Below are positions 62,753 to 64,000 of a stretch of DNA of 64,000 bases, in pieces. The translations under genes and the position numbers were made by a program. Source of the stretch: an uncultured Gemmatimonadales bacterium (GTDB lineage: Bacteria > Gemmatimonadota > Gemmatimonadetes > Gemmatimonadales > Gemmatimonadaceae); contig CAWKNZ010000002.1 in the NCBI GenBank assembly GCA_963851265.1, forward strand, positions 1,248,001 through 1,312,000, in the 5' to 3' direction. Under the pieces are notes generated by a model. The model ran no database searches and was not told where the DNA came from. It saw only the letters and a program-made list of their open reading frames with translations. How positions within the stretch are numbered: position 1 is the first letter of the stretch; each line of letters begins with the position of its first letter.

Positions 62753-63682
62753 ATGGTCAACAAGATCACGGTCGTGGGCGCCGGAAACGTCGGCGCCACG
62801 ACCGCGCAACGCATTGCAGAAAAGGAACTCGCCCGCACGGTCGTGATGGTCGACGTGGCCGAGGGCATCCCGCAGGGGAAGGGCCTCGACCAGTACCAGA
62901 GCGCGCCCGTCGAAGGCTTCGACACCCGCGTCATCGGGACCAACGGTTACGAAGAGACCGCCGGCTCGGACGTCGTCGTCATCACCGCGGGCATCGCGCG
63001 AAAGCCCGGCATGTCGCGCGACGACCTCCTCAACACGAACGCCGGGATCGTGAAGTCGGTCGGCGAGCAGATCGCTGCGACCTCGCCCGACGCGATCGTC
63101 ATCGTCGTATCCAACCCGCTCGACGTGATGTGCTACGTCGCGAAGCAGGCGACGGGCTTCCCGCGTGAACGCGTGATCGGGATGGCCGGCGTGCTCGACA
63201 CGGCGCGCTATCGCGCGTTCCTCGCCGAGGCGATGGACGTGAGCGTGCGCGACATCCAGGCGATGGTGCTCGGCGGGCACGGCGACACGATGGTGCCGCT
63301 CATCAGCTACACGTCGGTGAGCGGAATCCCGGTCACGCAGTTGCTCGCGCAGGACAAGCTCGACGCGATCGTCGACCGCACCCGCAACGGCGGGGCGGAG
63401 ATCGTGAAGCACCTCAAGACGGGGTCCGCGTACTACGCGCCGTCGAGCGGCGCGGTGCAGATGGTCGAGGCGATCGTGCAGGACCAGCGCCGCATCCTCC
63501 CGTGCGCCGCTTGGCTGCAGGGCGAGTACGGCATGTCGGACCTCTTCCTCGGCGTTCCCTGCAAGCTCGGCAAGGGCGGATTGCAGCAGGTGATCGAGGT
63601 CCAGCTGACGGCGGACGAGCGCGCGGCGCTCGAACGGAGCGCGCAGGCCGTGCGCGAGCCGATGGCCTCCGTCAAGCTTTGA
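62753..63682 (+). CDS. mdh: Malate dehydrogenase (LDH-like type)
   Basis: [46 protein letters not shown]. Confidence 0.97.
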   Translation: MVNKITVVGAGNVGATTAQRIAEKELARTVVMVDVAEGIPQGKGLDQYQSAPVEGFDTRVIGTNGYEETAGSDVVVITAGIARKPGMSRDDLLNTNAGIVKSVGEQIAATSPDAIVIVVSNPLDVMCYVAKQATGFPRERVIGMAGVLDTARYRAFLAEAMDVSVRDIQAMVLGGHGDTMVPLISYTSVSGIPVTQLLAQDKLDAIVDRTRNGGAEIVKHLKTGSAYYAPSSGAVQMVEAIVQDQRRILPCAAWLQGEYGMSDLFLGVPCKLGKGGLQQVIEVQLTADERAALERSAQAVREPMASVKL

Positions 63683-63702
63683 ACGTTCACCCGACCTGAT
63701 CG

Positions 63703-64000
63703 ATGCAGCTGGTCCGCAATTTCTGGCAGTCGCAACTTGGGAAGAAGGTCGTCATGGCCGTCACCGGCCTGATCGGCGTCGGGTTCGTGATCGGCCACAT
63801 GGCCGGCAACCTTCAGATGTTCGAGGGGCCGGACAAGATCAACGGCTACGCGCACTTCCTGCACGGTACCATGGGGAACGCCCTCTGGATCGTGCGGCTC
63901 GTGCTGATCAGCGCGGTGGTCGCCCACGTGGTCGCCGCGGTGCAGCTGACGCGGCAGAAGCAGGCCGCTCGGCCCGCGGCGTACGGGTACAAGAAGTGGG
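63703..64000 (+). CDS. sdhC: Succinate dehydrogenase cytochrome b558 subunit (3'-truncated by the window)
   Basis: Manual translation MQLVRNFWQSQLGKKVVMAVTGLIGVGFVIGHMAGNL...AH; follows mdh. Confidence 0.88.
   Translation, partial: MQLVRNFWQSQLGKKVVMAVTGLIGVGFVIGHMAGNLQMFEGPDKINGYAHFLHGTMGNALWIVRLVLISAVVAHVVAAVQLTRQKQAARPAAYGYKKW

Noticed and set aside
1..64000. CRISPR arrays, IS elements, prophage, defence systems, inteins, rRNA
   Set aside because: No regularly spaced repeats, transposase, integrase or phage ORFs seen; dnaB is of normal length.

Overview
High-GC (roughly 70-73% by eye) bacterial chromosomal segment, densely packed with housekeeping genes, almost all on the + strand and often coupled by ATGA/GTGA overlaps. 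Gene order and protein style suggest Gemmatimonadota (inference, no database search run). Content in order: trpC-F-B-A, folB-folK-panB-panC, yqeK-like HD protein, LytR-C protein, rlmN(-), aspS, phoH, 7TM-HD, ybeY, two CNNM/CBS proteins, a B12-dependent acyl-CoA mutase cluster (meaB, split mutase, carboxyltransferase, AtuA-like genes), CopD-like, U32, recQ, acyl-CoA dehydrogenase, rng-rplU-rpmA, two amidohydrolases(-), GDPD(-), ECF sigma/anti-sigma/Spy-like, tRNA-Leu(CAA), icd, pepA, an outer-membrane protein, yicC-gmk-rpoZ-coaBC, UDG, dnaB, radA, ispD, tsaC, a phosphatase, aroE, comF, gap-pgk-tpiA-secG, carA, HU, mdh and the start of sdhC. No mobile element, CRISPR array or defence island was seen. 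The most unusual signal is a non-palindromic octamer CGTTAGGC/GCCTAACG found at least 20 times (about one per 3 kb), in both orientations and several reading frames, mostly via otherwise rare TTA/CTA codons, which points to a DNA-level sequence signal. Other notable points: TANNNT boxes 6-9 nt before several start codons (probable leaderless mRNAs), a mutase with isobutyryl-CoA-mutase-type specificity residues, an unannotated 55-aa membrane protein, and two +1 frameshifts (possibly assembly errors).
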